Positions 51,567 to 63,320 of a DNA stretch of 64,000 nt are shown here, piece by piece (position 1 is the stretch's first letter; each line of letters opens with the position of its first letter). The position numbers and the translations under genes were made by a program. The notes beneath the pieces are model-generated. The model saw only the letters and a list, made by a program, of their open reading frames with translations. It did no database searches and had not been told where the DNA came from. The DNA comes from Basidiobolus meristosporus CBS 931.73 (Eukaryota > Fungi > Basidiobolomycota): positions 62,001-126,000 of the forward strand of contig MCFE01000210.1 of assembly GCA_002104905.1 (NCBI GenBank), written 5' to 3'.

Positions 51567-54500
51567 GATAGAACACTTGATGCAGTGGGAGAAGGAACTA
51601 TCCAAGTAAACCTAAGAGCAGTGAGGGAAGCCATACACTGACCTTTAAAGAAATACTCTCTGTACCAGAAATAGCCAAGAACCTACTATCTGTAAGCAAG
51701 GCCACTGCAGAAGGACTCAGTTTCAGCTTTGACAATTCTGGATGCAAGATCACTGATCAAAATGGTGCCCATATTGCTTTGGGCATCAGAGATCAGAATC
51801 TTTACAAGTTGACTAATATTCCATCATATCTGGAAGCCAATACAAGTAACTTAAATGAAGAAACACCAATGCTTTGGCACAGGAGATTTGGACACATCAA
51901 TTTTGATAATTTGCGCAAAATGACCAAAGATCAGCTAATTTCTGGAGTAAAGATAGATCCCCCAGCTAATTTGGAGCACTGTAAAGCCTGCATATATGAG
52001 GCCCAAGCCAGACAATTGTTCAAGAGCTCAGTGTTGAGAAAAACAAAGAAAAAATTAGATCTATTTCACTCAGATCTGTGTGGACCTATGCCAAACTTAT
52101 CCTAAAGCGGGATGAAGTATTTAGTCACTTTTAATGATGATTATACTAGATACACATGGTTCTACTTCATAGAGAGAAAGGAAGATACTCTGTCTAAGCT
52201 CAGGGAGTTCAAAGGCATGGTGGAGAGAGAAACTGGTGGAAAATCAAGAAAATATGCTCTGACAATGGTGGAAAATATACCTCAAAACTCTTCATCCACT
52301 TCTGCAAAATTCATGGGATAAAGCAAGAGACTAGTGTACCATACTCCCCACAGCAAAATGGAGTAGCAGAACATGTTGACAGATTAATAATTGATATGGC
52401 AAGATCTATGATCCATAACCAATGATTATCCTATGATTTTTGGATAGAATCAGTAGCCACTGCTGTATATCTTAAGAAAAGAAGTTTTGACAGAATACTT
52501 TGTAACTCTACTTCATTTGAAGCATGGTATAGATACAGACCAAGTGCAGAACATCTAAGAATATTTGGGTGTACAGCATATGCCAAAAAACTGCCTGGAA
52601 ATCAATCAAAATTTGAGTCAAAAAGTGTAAAATGCATATTTTTGGGCTACTGCAATGAGAGTAAAGCATACAGACTCTACAATACCAGAGTAAAGTAGCT
52701 GATCAAGTCCAGGGATGTGTTGTTTGATGAAGATTCAAAATTTTATAAAAAATGACATCAGATGATGACAAGAATCTGATCTCAAATCCACCAATTGTGA
52801 GAATTGAATCAGAGCAAAACAATGAAAGTTTTTTCACTCCAGAGGACTCTACAACCATGGGTCAGCTAGAATCAGTGCCCAGGAATATCCCAGAAGTGAT
52901 CATTTCAGTATCAAATGCCGAGAGATCCAATCAGACAAGAAATAGCCCAAATTACTATATCAATGAGGGTTCAAACTCAGCCTATGCCTATTCAGTCCAT
53001 ATTGATGAACCCCAGACTGTAAAAGAGACCCTAAATAGCCCTCAGACAAAGTTTTGGAGATCTGCAATGACTGAGGAATATCAGGCCCTGATGGAAAATC
53101 AAACTTGGGACTTAGTCAAATTACCAATCAACCACAAATCAATTGGATGCAGATTGGTCTTCAAGAAAATATACAAGGCTGATGGTACAATTGAAGGATA
53201 CAAAGCAAGACTTGTAGCCAAAGTATACTCACAAACCAAAGGACTTGGCTATACTAAGACCTTTGCACTGGTAGCCAAGTTTAATTCCATCAGATTAATA
53301 TTGGCCATTGCAGCCAAGTCTAGGTTTTTTATTCATCAAATGGATGTAAAACTGCAATTTTGAATGGAGAACTTGATGAGGGCATGTAAATGGACCAGCC
53401 TGATGGGTTTGTTGACCAAGATAACCCACATTTGGTCTGCAAGCTTAAAAAGTCACTATATGGTCTCAAACAATCACCAAGAGCCTGGAATTACAAGATA
53501 GATTCTTATTTGGAATCTTTGAGTTTCAAAAGGAGTAATGCTGACTATTGTGTACACTATAAGCCAGATAGAGCAAGTCCAGTTCTATTAGCTCTATATG
53601 TAGATGATCTTATTATAGCCACTAATAACCTAGAAACATTGGAAGAGTCTAAATCCAGCCTATCTAAGGAGTTCAAGATGTTGAATCTAGGAGAACTCAG
53701 TTACTACTTAAGATCAAAGTCCTCCATAGACAGAGGTACCCAGACTATCACTCTTAGCCAATCCAAGTATATTCAAGATATACTAAAGAAGTACCAAATG
53801 GAAGACTGTAAACCAGCAGTTACCCCAATTGAAACCAACCTTAACTTGGTTAAAACTCAACCAAATCAAGAGAGCTTAGTGCCATCTGAAAGCCCTGAGT
53901 TTCCTTATCCATCTATGGTTGGTAGTCTGATGTATATCATGCTAGGAACATGTCCAGATATCTCATATTCAGTGGGAGTTGTCAGCCAACATAATTAGAA
54001 CCATGAATCTGATCATATTGCAGCATTTAAGCGGATTTTTAGATACCTAAAAGGAACTGTGATGTCTGCTTAAAATACACTTATAAGAATTCAGAACAGG
54101 ATCTTGTGGGATACTCTGAAGCTGATTGGGGACAAAATTTAGAAGACAGAAGATCCACCACAGGATACACCTTTCTTTACTGTAAAGGAGCAATTTCATG
54201 GAATTCAAGAAAGCAACCAACCGTAGCACTTTTGACCACAGAGGCAGAGTACATGGCAGCCTGTGAAGCTACAAAAGAAGCAATGTGGTTAAGAAAACTT
54301 GTTACAGACTTAGGCCTATATCAAAACTCACCTATTACTCTATTTCAAGATAATCAAGGATGTATACAGTTAGGTAGAAATCCAACTTTTCATGCTAGAA
54401 CCATGCACATAGATTTTAGAAATCATTTCATACGTGAAGCTATAGAGAATAACTTAGCTAGCTTAGCTTACTGTCCTACAGATGAAATGATTGCAGATAT

Positions 54501-54573
54501 ATTTACAAACCGTTAGCTAGAGACAAGTTTGAATATCTTAGGTCAAAATTAGGACTAGTCAGTATGAGCATTT

Positions 54574-54586
54574 AGCTGAGTGGGAG
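54574..54586 (+). other. Polypurine tract of copy D
   Basis: AGCTGAGTGGGAG directly before the 3' LTR. Equivalent tracts abut the 3' LTRs of C and E. Confidence 0.8.
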
Positions 54587-57474
54587 TGTTGTAAAAATTT
54601 GTAATCCACCTAAATATTCACCTACCTTAGTCACTCAGATCATTACATTCAAATCCTAGAGAATACTGACCAAATTCCTTGTCAGGATTTACTTAGAATA
54701 TTTTCACCAAAATACCAGGTACCCAGAACATGAAAATTCTCAAAGTTGTCCAAACAGCCCCAAACTTTGCACACATGTTCTTGGGACCTTCCTTAACCTA
54801 TTCTACATGTTTGTAATGCCAAGACCTGGTAAAAGTATAAATACTACTTTTACATTCAATAAATCATTGAGTGAAAACCACATAATCTACTTGTTCTCCT
54901 AGTCACTTCCAATAACTCCAAGACTCTTAAAACAGAATTATGACCAAGTTAAGATTTGTCTCCATTGGGGTAGCTGCCATTTTACAGGACTCCATTTGGT
55001 ACTTCTTTAGTATATCTTGAATATACTTGGATTGGCTTAGGGTGATAGTCTGGGTACTTATGTCTATGGAGGACTTTGATTTTAAGTAGTAACTGAGTTC
55101 TCCTGGATTGTACATCTTGAACTTTGTAGATAGGCTGGATTTAGTCTCTTCCAATGTTTCTAGATTATTGGCAGCTATAATAAGAACATCCATTTATATA
55201 GCTAATAGAGCTTGATTTGCTTTGTATGGCTTAGAGTATATACTAACTTAATCCCTAAGTAGTAACTGAGCTCTCCTAGATTGGATATCTTGAACTCCTT
55301 GGATAGACTGGATTTAGACTCTTCCAATGTTTCTAGGCTATTGGTGGCTATAACAAGATCATCCACATATAGAGCTAATAGAACTGGATTTGCTCTATCA
55401 GGCTTATGGTATATATTATAGTCAGCATAACTCCTTTTGAAACTCAAAGATTCCAGATAAGAATCTATCTTGCAATTCCAGTTTCTTGGTGATTGTCTGA
55501 GACCATATAGAGATTTTTTAAGCTTGCAGAGCAAATAAGAGTTATCTTGGTAAACAAACACATCAGGCTGGCTTGTATACATGTCTTCAGCAAGTACTCA
55601 GTTCAAAAATGCAGGTTTTATACACATTTGATGTATAAAAAACTTTTATTTGGCTGCAATAGTCAATAATAATCTGAAGGAATTCAACTTGGCTACCAAT
55701 GCAAAGGTCTTAGTACAGTCAAGTCCTTTTGTTTGGTAGTATCTTTTAGCCACCAGTCTTGCTCTGTATATTTTAATAGTACTATAAGCCTTGCATTTTG
55801 TCTTGAAGACCCATCTTCATCCAATTGATTTTTGATTGATTGGGTATTTGACTAAGTCCCAAGTTTGATTTTGCATCAGGGTCTGATATTCCTTAGTCAT
55901 TGCAGTTCTCCAAGACTCTGTCTGAGGGGTATATGGGGCCACTTTCACAGTCTTTTGCTCATCCATATCAGCTATAAGCATTGGCTAAGTTTGTACCCTC
56001 ATTGATATGGTAATCTGGGCAATTTCTTGTCCGGTTGGAACTCCTGGCATTTGATACTGGAATGATCACTTCTGAATATTCCTGGGCACTACTTCAGGCT
56101 GATCCACAGTTGTAGAGTTCTCTGTTGCATTGCTCTGATTCAATTTTGACAATTGGTGGACTTGAGAACTGATTTTTGTCATCATCTGATGTCATTTTTT
56201 GTGAAAGTTTTGAATTTTCATCAAGCAACACATCCCTGGACTTGATCAGCTTCTTTGCTTTGGTATTGTAGAGTCTCTATGCCCTACTCTCATTGTGGTA
56301 GCCCAAAAATATGAATTTTTGACTTTTTGGCTCAAATTTTGACTGATATCTGGGCAGTTTCTTGGCATATGCTATGCACCCAAATATTCCTAGTTTTTCT
56401 GCAGTTGATTTGTGTCCATACTATGCTTCACATGGAATATAATTGCAAACTGTTTTATAATAACACCTATTTCTAAGTTATACAGCTGTGGCAACTTATT
56501 CTGCGTAAAAGTTATAGGATAATTTTTGATCATGGATAGCTGATCTTACCATATCTATTATTGATATATATGCATGTTTTGCTATTCCATTTTGCTGCGC
56601 AGAGTATGGTACAGCAGTGTCCTGCTTTATCCCATGAATTTTGCAGAAGTGGATGAAGAGTTTTGATGTATATTCTCCACCATTGTCAGAGCATATTTTC
56701 TTGATTTTTGCACCAGTTTCACTCTCCACCATGCCTTTGAACTCCCTGAGCTTAGACAGAGTTTCTTCCTTTCTCTCCATGAAGTAGACCCATGTGTATC
56801 TTGTATAATCATCATTAAAAGTGACTAAATACTTCATTGTTTCCCTTATATGCAGGTTCTACAGAGCTCCAAGCTAGATGGGAGATCAATTTTTATTCCA
56901 GAAATTAGCTGATGTGTGATTGTTTTGCTCAGATAATTAAAATTGATGTGTCCAAATCTCCTGTGCCAATGCAGGGGTGTTTTGTCATTTAACCTACCTA
57001 TATTGACTTCCTGATATGATGGAATATAAGCAAACCTGTATAGATTCTGATCTCTGATACCCAAAGCAATATGGGCACCATGCTGATCAGTGATCCTGCA
57101 TCCAGAATTGCCAAAGTTGAGACTAAGTCCTTCCGCTGTAGCTTTGCTTACAGATAGTAGTTTCTTGGCCATTTCTGGTACATAGAGTGCTTCTCTTAAG
57201 GCTAATGTAAGGCTTCCTTCACTGCTTCTAAGGTTTACTTGGATAGTTCCTTCTCCCACTGCATCAAGTGTTTTATTGTTACCCATGAATATATTCCTAA
57301 TTAGAATTTCTTGATCTTGGGTAAAAAGTATTCTTTGGTGTGTGTAAAATATCAAAATGCTTCAAAGTCAGTTTACCACATCTGAGAATCCTTGTTTGTG
57401 ATCTTATTTGGTGTGGATATCAATAATCTATCTTATATTGTTACAGCATTTCCAGATTCAAACTTTTGCTGATT

Positions 57475-58365
57475 ACATCTCATTATGAGAGCTGGTCTTA
57501 TGCAGTCTGACTAATTTTGCAAAGCTTACAGTACTGCATTCAGTATCAATGAAGCACAAACATATCCAATATATTTGATGGCAAACATTACAAACAGCTA
57601 AGATGCAAGGGCTACTTTGAAGGTGTGTATGACCATGCCTTTGCATTAGCACTTGATGGACTCTCATTAAACAAATACTCTGCCAGCAAATCCTGCTGGC
57701 CACTGATTCTCATCAGTCTGAATCTGCGGCCCATCTTACAGTATCAGAGCAATAATCTGATGGTAGTCTCACTGGTATCTGGGCCTAAATCACTGTCCAA
57801 CCTGGATAGATACCTGTATGCATTACAGAATAAATTTTGAATGCTCTCCAGCAGGATAACAGTAAATGACCATCATGGAAAAGCACATGTTATTAAATGG
57901 ATTGGAGATACCTCAGCCATCAGCAAGATAGCAGGTCTTTCCAGGCACAATGAATGGTATTACTGTCAAATGTGTGAGATCCAGGGGATTTACTCCATAA
58001 CTCACACACATTATTATTACCCAAACACCAGCACTAAGAACATCATCTTCCCACACAGAGAACATGCAGAAGTCAGCATGTAATTGCAGCAAAGTTGGCA
58101 AGCTATAAGTCATTGGCCAGAATATGGAATCATTCAAAAACTGGAGATACTTAAGATAGATGGTATCTGTTGGAGCAAAAGCTCTCCAGTGGGAGCAATG
58201 CATTTGCTTTTCAACAATATCCCTATACTGATGACCAAGTTGTACATGGGGCATATCATGCTAAATGAGCCCTTTGAGATACCAGAGAAATTTGTAAGAA
58301 TTGGCAAGATATTACAGAGTTTCCTCCACCCTAAGTACTTCTCACAGGCTCCAATTACCCTATGA
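57475..58365 (+). mobile_element. CACTA/En-Spm-like (Transposase_21-type) transposase remnant
   Basis: ALDG...WPLILISLNLRP....NNL....VSGPK..NLDRYLYAL, GDTSAISK..G....YYCQMC. In-frame stops at 57838 and 58081. Confidence 0.7.
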
Positions 58366-58899
58366 AAAATAATTTGGTTCCGCAGGTGGATCTGATCCGG
58401 ATCATCCGTCAAGATTCCGCTCAGAGACCAATATAATAGTAGCAGCTTGGAATTAGTGACCCTCCTGACGATCTTATAACAAGATCATGACGGTGTTTTG
58501 CAAATTTTACAGCCAAATAGAGGGATAATACTTGACAATTTTTGATTGGTGCTGTGACAATATTTGCATGTTATTGTTGCAGTCTTTCAGCACTCTATTA
58601 CTATTTTAAGTGGATCCAGTTGGCCAGGACTTCCAATTGCCTTATATGGCAAGAAACTTGACAGTATTTTGACGGCCTCACAGCAAGACTCTGATGGCTT
58701 TTTCTTAGCAGTATGATGGCCTGCCGCTGGTTCTGCATAATACAACCGTACCAATTTACCAAATGGTATTTCCTTTTTCTACCTCCCCTTGTGCAATTCA
58801 TATATTCCATTGTAGAATCACCTTTCTTTATTTGCTTACCCACTACTACCTTGGGTATTCCACATATAGTTTGAATCAAAAAAAACTATGGCCTCCTGC

Positions 58900-60150
58900 T
58901 TACTAACCTCTACAAACACCCACACCTGCTGCAATTGACATACTTCTATCATCTCAACTTTACGGCTTTTTAGTGTGATACTTGCAAAGTTGCCATATAC
59001 CTTGCACTACTGGTAGCATACACATCTTGCAAACATATGCTTGGTTGTTGCCACTTCTGCCATGAATGCCTCCTGAATATTGGCAAAGAACATCTTGGTA
59101 TTTAGCCAATATATTCCTTCTTCCTGCTGGATTATAGTGCCCCTTATAGGTGCGCGCTGGCTTTTGTTTGTGTGAATTCCGTATTGAATGGTGTAGAAGT
59201 TGGCTTGTGACCATGAGAAATCCGGCATATCTTGGTGGAGTTTTCCTGATAAAAATTAGTTGCTTGTTGCACCCAACCCAACTTTGCATAACTTAACTGA
59301 TTACCCATGCATTGGGGCTGCTTAGCTTCGTAATGCCATAGGCATAGGTGTCTCCATGTGCACATATGTCCTCAGTATTTTCCAACTCTTTCTGGTTATC
59401 CTCCATGTGCCAACTCATCACATCCATGACGGACTTGAAGGTAATATTCTTGATGAGATTGGGATATGGTAGTACCTGCAACTTGGCTTGTCTTCCTATC
59501 TCCCCACACATCCACTCCATAGGAAACTCCCAAAAGGTGAAGCAAGGCCCAATATTCTCCACAAACCATGCAAGATGGAGTAGAGAATGGATACAGTAGC
59601 AGCAGATATCTAGATGTTCAGCTTTATGTTTGTAGAATAGCCGCTCAAATCCCATCACAAACTCCTCACACAACAGCTGCAGATGTGTCAAGTTGGCATT
59701 GGTGATCCACTTCTGGATAAATATTCCTACAATGTCTACATATGACTCCCAATTCTTCCAATGTACTCTTGGTAGGAATGGCTTCAGAGCACCACCTGAA
59801 TAAATACATATCCAGTTCATCCAGTCTTTGCATTTGTATTGTTACATATGCATATGAATATTAGTTGGAGCCGGTGAGAGGTACTTAGGGTAGCAGATAC
59901 TCTGTAATATATAGCCAATTTTTTCAAATTTTTCTGGTATCTCAAAGGGCTCATTTAGCTTGAAATGCCCCATGTAGAACTTGGTCATCAGTATAGGGAT
60001 ATTGTTGAAAAGCAAATGCATTGCTCCCAGTGGAAAGCTTTTGGTCCAACAGATACCATCTATCTTAAGTATCTCTGGTTTCCAATTGATTCCGTATTCT
60101 GGCCAATGGCTTATAGCTTGCCAACTTTGCTGCAATTGCATGCTTGCTCC
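58900..60150 (-). mobile_element. Second CACTA-like transposase remnant, opposite orientation
   Basis: ORF 59293-59820 has IHSLLHL...IGPCFTFWEFPMEWMCG, matching the H.L.H....GP....W.FPMER pattern. ORF 59842-60174 is paralogous to 58084-58365. Confidence 0.7.
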
Positions 60151-60385
60151 TGTTGTAAAAATTTGTAATTCCACCTAAATATTCACCTACCTTAGTCACT
60201 CAGATCATTACATTCAAATCCTAGAGAATACTGACCAAATTCCTTGTCAGGATTTACTTAGAATATTTTCACCAAAATACCAGGTACCCAGAACATGAAA
60301 ATTCTCAAAGTTGTCCAAACAGCCCCAAACTTTGCACACATGTTCTTGGGACCTTCCTTAACCTATTCTACATGTTTGTAATGCC
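60151..60385 (+). mobile_element. 3'-truncated copia LTR inserted in the CACTA remnant and cut by copy F
   Basis: Starts TGTTGTAA and matches the LTR up to GTAATGCC, then a new LTR starts at 60386. Confidence 0.88.
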
Positions 60386-60735
60386 TGTTGTAAAAAATTC
60401 GTATTTCCACCTAAATATTCACCTAACTTAGTCACTTAGATCATTACCTTCAAATCCTAGAAAATACTGACCAAATTTCTTGTCGGGATTTACTTAGAAT
60501 ATTTTCACCAAAATACCAGGTACCCAGAACATGAAAATTCTCAAAGTTGTCCAAACAGCCCCAAACTTTGCACACATGTTCTTGGGACCTTCCTTAACCT
60601 ATTCTACGTGTTTGTAATGCCAAGACCAGGTAAAAGTATAAATACCACTTTTACATTCAATAAATCATTAAGTGAAAACCACATAATCTACTTGTTCTCC
60701 CAATCACTTCCAATATCTCCAAGACTCTTACAACA

Positions 60736-60747
60736 GGTTATGAGCCC
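60736..60747 (+). promoter_or_regulatory. Primer-binding site of the half-tRNAiMet (Ty5/Drosophila copia) type
   Basis: GGTTATGAGCCC immediately after the LTR terminal CA. It is the motif I recall for the Ty5 PBS, complementary to the tRNAiMet anticodon stem-loop. Also present in copies A, B and D, and degenerate in E. Confidence 0.85.
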
Positions 60748-62241
60748 CGAGCTGTCACTCTCTGCAATGTCTACTACTGCTATTACTGGAATTTTTCCCT
60801 CTGCTGAAAAGTTGGATGGATCTAACTACCAAGTGTGGAAGGTAAAGATGAAGATGCTGCTGCAAGAAAGAGGCCTTTGGGATATTGTCATGGGAGAAGA
60901 ATGCCCTCCTAAAAACGTGGGAGAGGAAGCCTTAAAGTACCAGAAGAAAGAACAAAGTGCCTTTAACTGCATTTGCCTTAATGTCAAGGACAAATTGCTA
61001 ATTCAATGCTCAAGAGCAAAAACGGCAAAGAATGCCTGGAAAGCATTAGAAGACACCTACCAGTCATGTTCAGCTGCCAAGAAAATGTATCTGAGAAGAA
61101 AATTCTTTACTACAAAGATGCTGCCAGGAGAAGAAATGAAAAATCTAATTAACAGAATTACCCTGCTGGTAGATGAGATGGAATCTGTGGGCGTACCAAC
61201 TACTGATGAGGATGTGATAGTTACCATCCTGAATAGCCTGACAGACGAGTTTCAGGGCCTTGTATCAGCCCTAGAGTCCAGAACTGAAGATTTGACCTTA
61301 AATTACGTATATGGAAGGCTCCTGGATGAAGAATTAAGAAAATCAAGCGCCAATAAGAAGGAAGAAGAAAATGCTTTAATAAGCAATGATAACCAACAAA
61401 GGAGGTACCCAAGACCCTACAAAGGCAACAGCAACCTATTTTGCAACTACTGCAAAAGGAAAGGACACACATCAGACCGGTGTTTCAAAAAGAGAGATTA
61501 TCAGCAAAAGAAGCCTGAATATGGAAATGCTGCAACAACTGAAGATAGACTATTCATATCTGCACTAAATATGACCACAAACAAGGATTCTCAGACGTGG
61601 TATATTGACTCTGGAGCTTCTCAACACTTTACACACCAAAAAGAACTTTTTACCCAATATCAAGAAATCCCAATTAAGAAGGTTTTCATGGGTGACGATA
61701 GAACACTTGATGCAGTGGGAGAAGGAACTATCCAAGTAAACCTTAGAAGCAGTGAAGGAAGCCATACACTGACCTTTAAAGAAGTACTCTATGTACCAGA
61801 AATAGCCAAGAACCTACTCTCTGTAAGCAAGGCCACAGCAGAAGGACTCAGTTTCAGTTTTGACAATTCTGGATGCAGGATCACTGATCAAAATGGTGCT
61901 CATATTGCTTCGGGCATCAGAGATCAGAACCTATACAAGTTGACTTATATTCCATCATATCTGGAAGCCAATATAAGTAACTTAAATGAAGAAACACCAA
62001 TGCTTTGGCACAGGAGATTTGGACACATCAATTTTGATTATTTGCGTAAAATGATCAAAGATCAGCTAATTTCTGGAGTAAAGATTGATCCCCAAGCTAA
62101 TTTGGAGCACCATGAAGCCTGCATATATGGGAAACAAGCCAGACAACCGTTCAAGAGCTCTGGGTTAATCAAAACTAAGAAAAAATTAGATCTAATTCAC
62201 TCAGATCTGTGTGGACCTATGCAAAATTTATCCTTAGGCGG

Positions 62242-63320
62242 TGTGGTGGTGTATAAGTCCAAAGGGCAAAATACGGCCAACACTTCTCAAGTGTGAATGT
62301 GTGTGGGGTGTTCACTGGGTGCGATAACCTCTGGCAAAAGCTTGCTAGGAATACTGGGTCTTTTATCTAATCTAATGTGATGGGGGATAAAGCCTCAAGC
62401 TTGTCAAGGGAAAACTATTGAACTACAATCCCCAACTTAGTTGGCGTCTTAACAAAAGTTTATAATGGCTTCGACATCCTTTGAGATGACAATGTACTAA
62501 AGCTTCCAAAGTCAAAACAACTGTAAACTCCACCAACAGGGACTTGATAAGAATGCAGCTTTGACCAATAGTTACAAAGACTGAAAAGTATCTTTGCCTG
62601 TACAAGAACAAACTTGGGAAAACAAACAATATAATAAAATATACCTACTCTGAGTATTCCTCACAAGTAGTGCCTCCAAGGTCAGTTGGCTGTCAGCGCG
62701 GTTTCCTGGGAGTATCGTCAGGTCTGAGTCAGAAAATAGTGGTAATAGGTAGCGGTGATCTCACTAATCAATAAGTTGGAATATTGGAAGAGGGATGATT
62801 TATTTTTAAGGGATAGCCTCCCTTATATACTTTTTTGCTGCTCAATTTCTTGCTAGAAAATACTTTCCGGAAGCTTCCAGAAGGTAGTAGACAACCAATC
62901 ATGTCTTTGTGTACTAAAAATAGCGCAAATTCTTGGCGGATTATTCCACGAGACATAGTAGCACCTAGCCAATCAGGTAGTGGTAACGTGAAACCTCTGT
63001 GTCATGTGGTTGCCTCTTATGGTAGTGAGATGGGGGATTATGAAACCAAGATGGTCACGTGACATGGGCACTGTTGGGGTACTTGCCTTATAAGGTAACT
63101 ATCTTATCTTGGCATCTCGGCAAGGAATAAGAATAGCTTGTGCAATGGGTTAATAGTGACAAATAGTTTGTCAGGTTGCATAGTAATAATCACATAGACA
63201 AAAATAGGAAATATTGCAAATTTGGGATGATAATAATATAGGCGGGGTAATCCTTTTTAGGGAAGTGAACGCATAAGAATGAGCACATCTGCCTGTGGGT
63301 GTCACTGTGACCCCACTACA
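62242..63320. mobile_element. 1079-bp insertion, probable solo LTR of an unrelated (Ty3/gypsy-like) family
   Basis: TG...CA ends, imperfect terminal inverted repeat TGTGGTGG / CCACTACA, 4-bp TSD GCGG (62238-62241 and 63321-63324). No coding similarity recognised. Confidence 0.75.

Larger units (their letters stand above)
45990..54934 (+). mobile_element. Copia copy D: full-length, two LTRs (45990-46337, 54587-54934), interrupted by copy E
   Basis: TSD GAATT at 45985-45989 and 54935-54939. PBS at 46338, PPT at 54574-54586. Gene order gag-PR-IN-RT-RH. About 4.68 kb once E is removed. Confidence 0.93.
45129..57470 (-). mobile_element. Copia copy C (outermost host): 3' LTR 45129-45476, internal parts 45477-45989 and 54935-~57470; 5' end missing
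   Basis: PPT next to the LTR at 45477-45489. RT sequence is continuous across the D insertion. Integrase and pre-integrase remnants at 56300-57350. Confidence 0.85.

Noticed and set aside
55086-55382. ~175-bp tandem duplication inside the RT of copy C
   Set aside because: Ordinary decay of a dead element; no functional implication seen.
40951-60735. Regularly recurring ~350-bp repeat considered as a CRISPR-like or satellite array
   Set aside because: Fully explained as LTRs with PBS, PPT and TSDs in a eukaryotic context.
63054-63063. Palindrome GTCACGTGAC (CDEI/Cbf1-like) in the solo LTR
   Set aside because: A single E-box is common in LTR promoters, there is no CDEII/CDEIII context, and point centromeres are not expected in this lineage.
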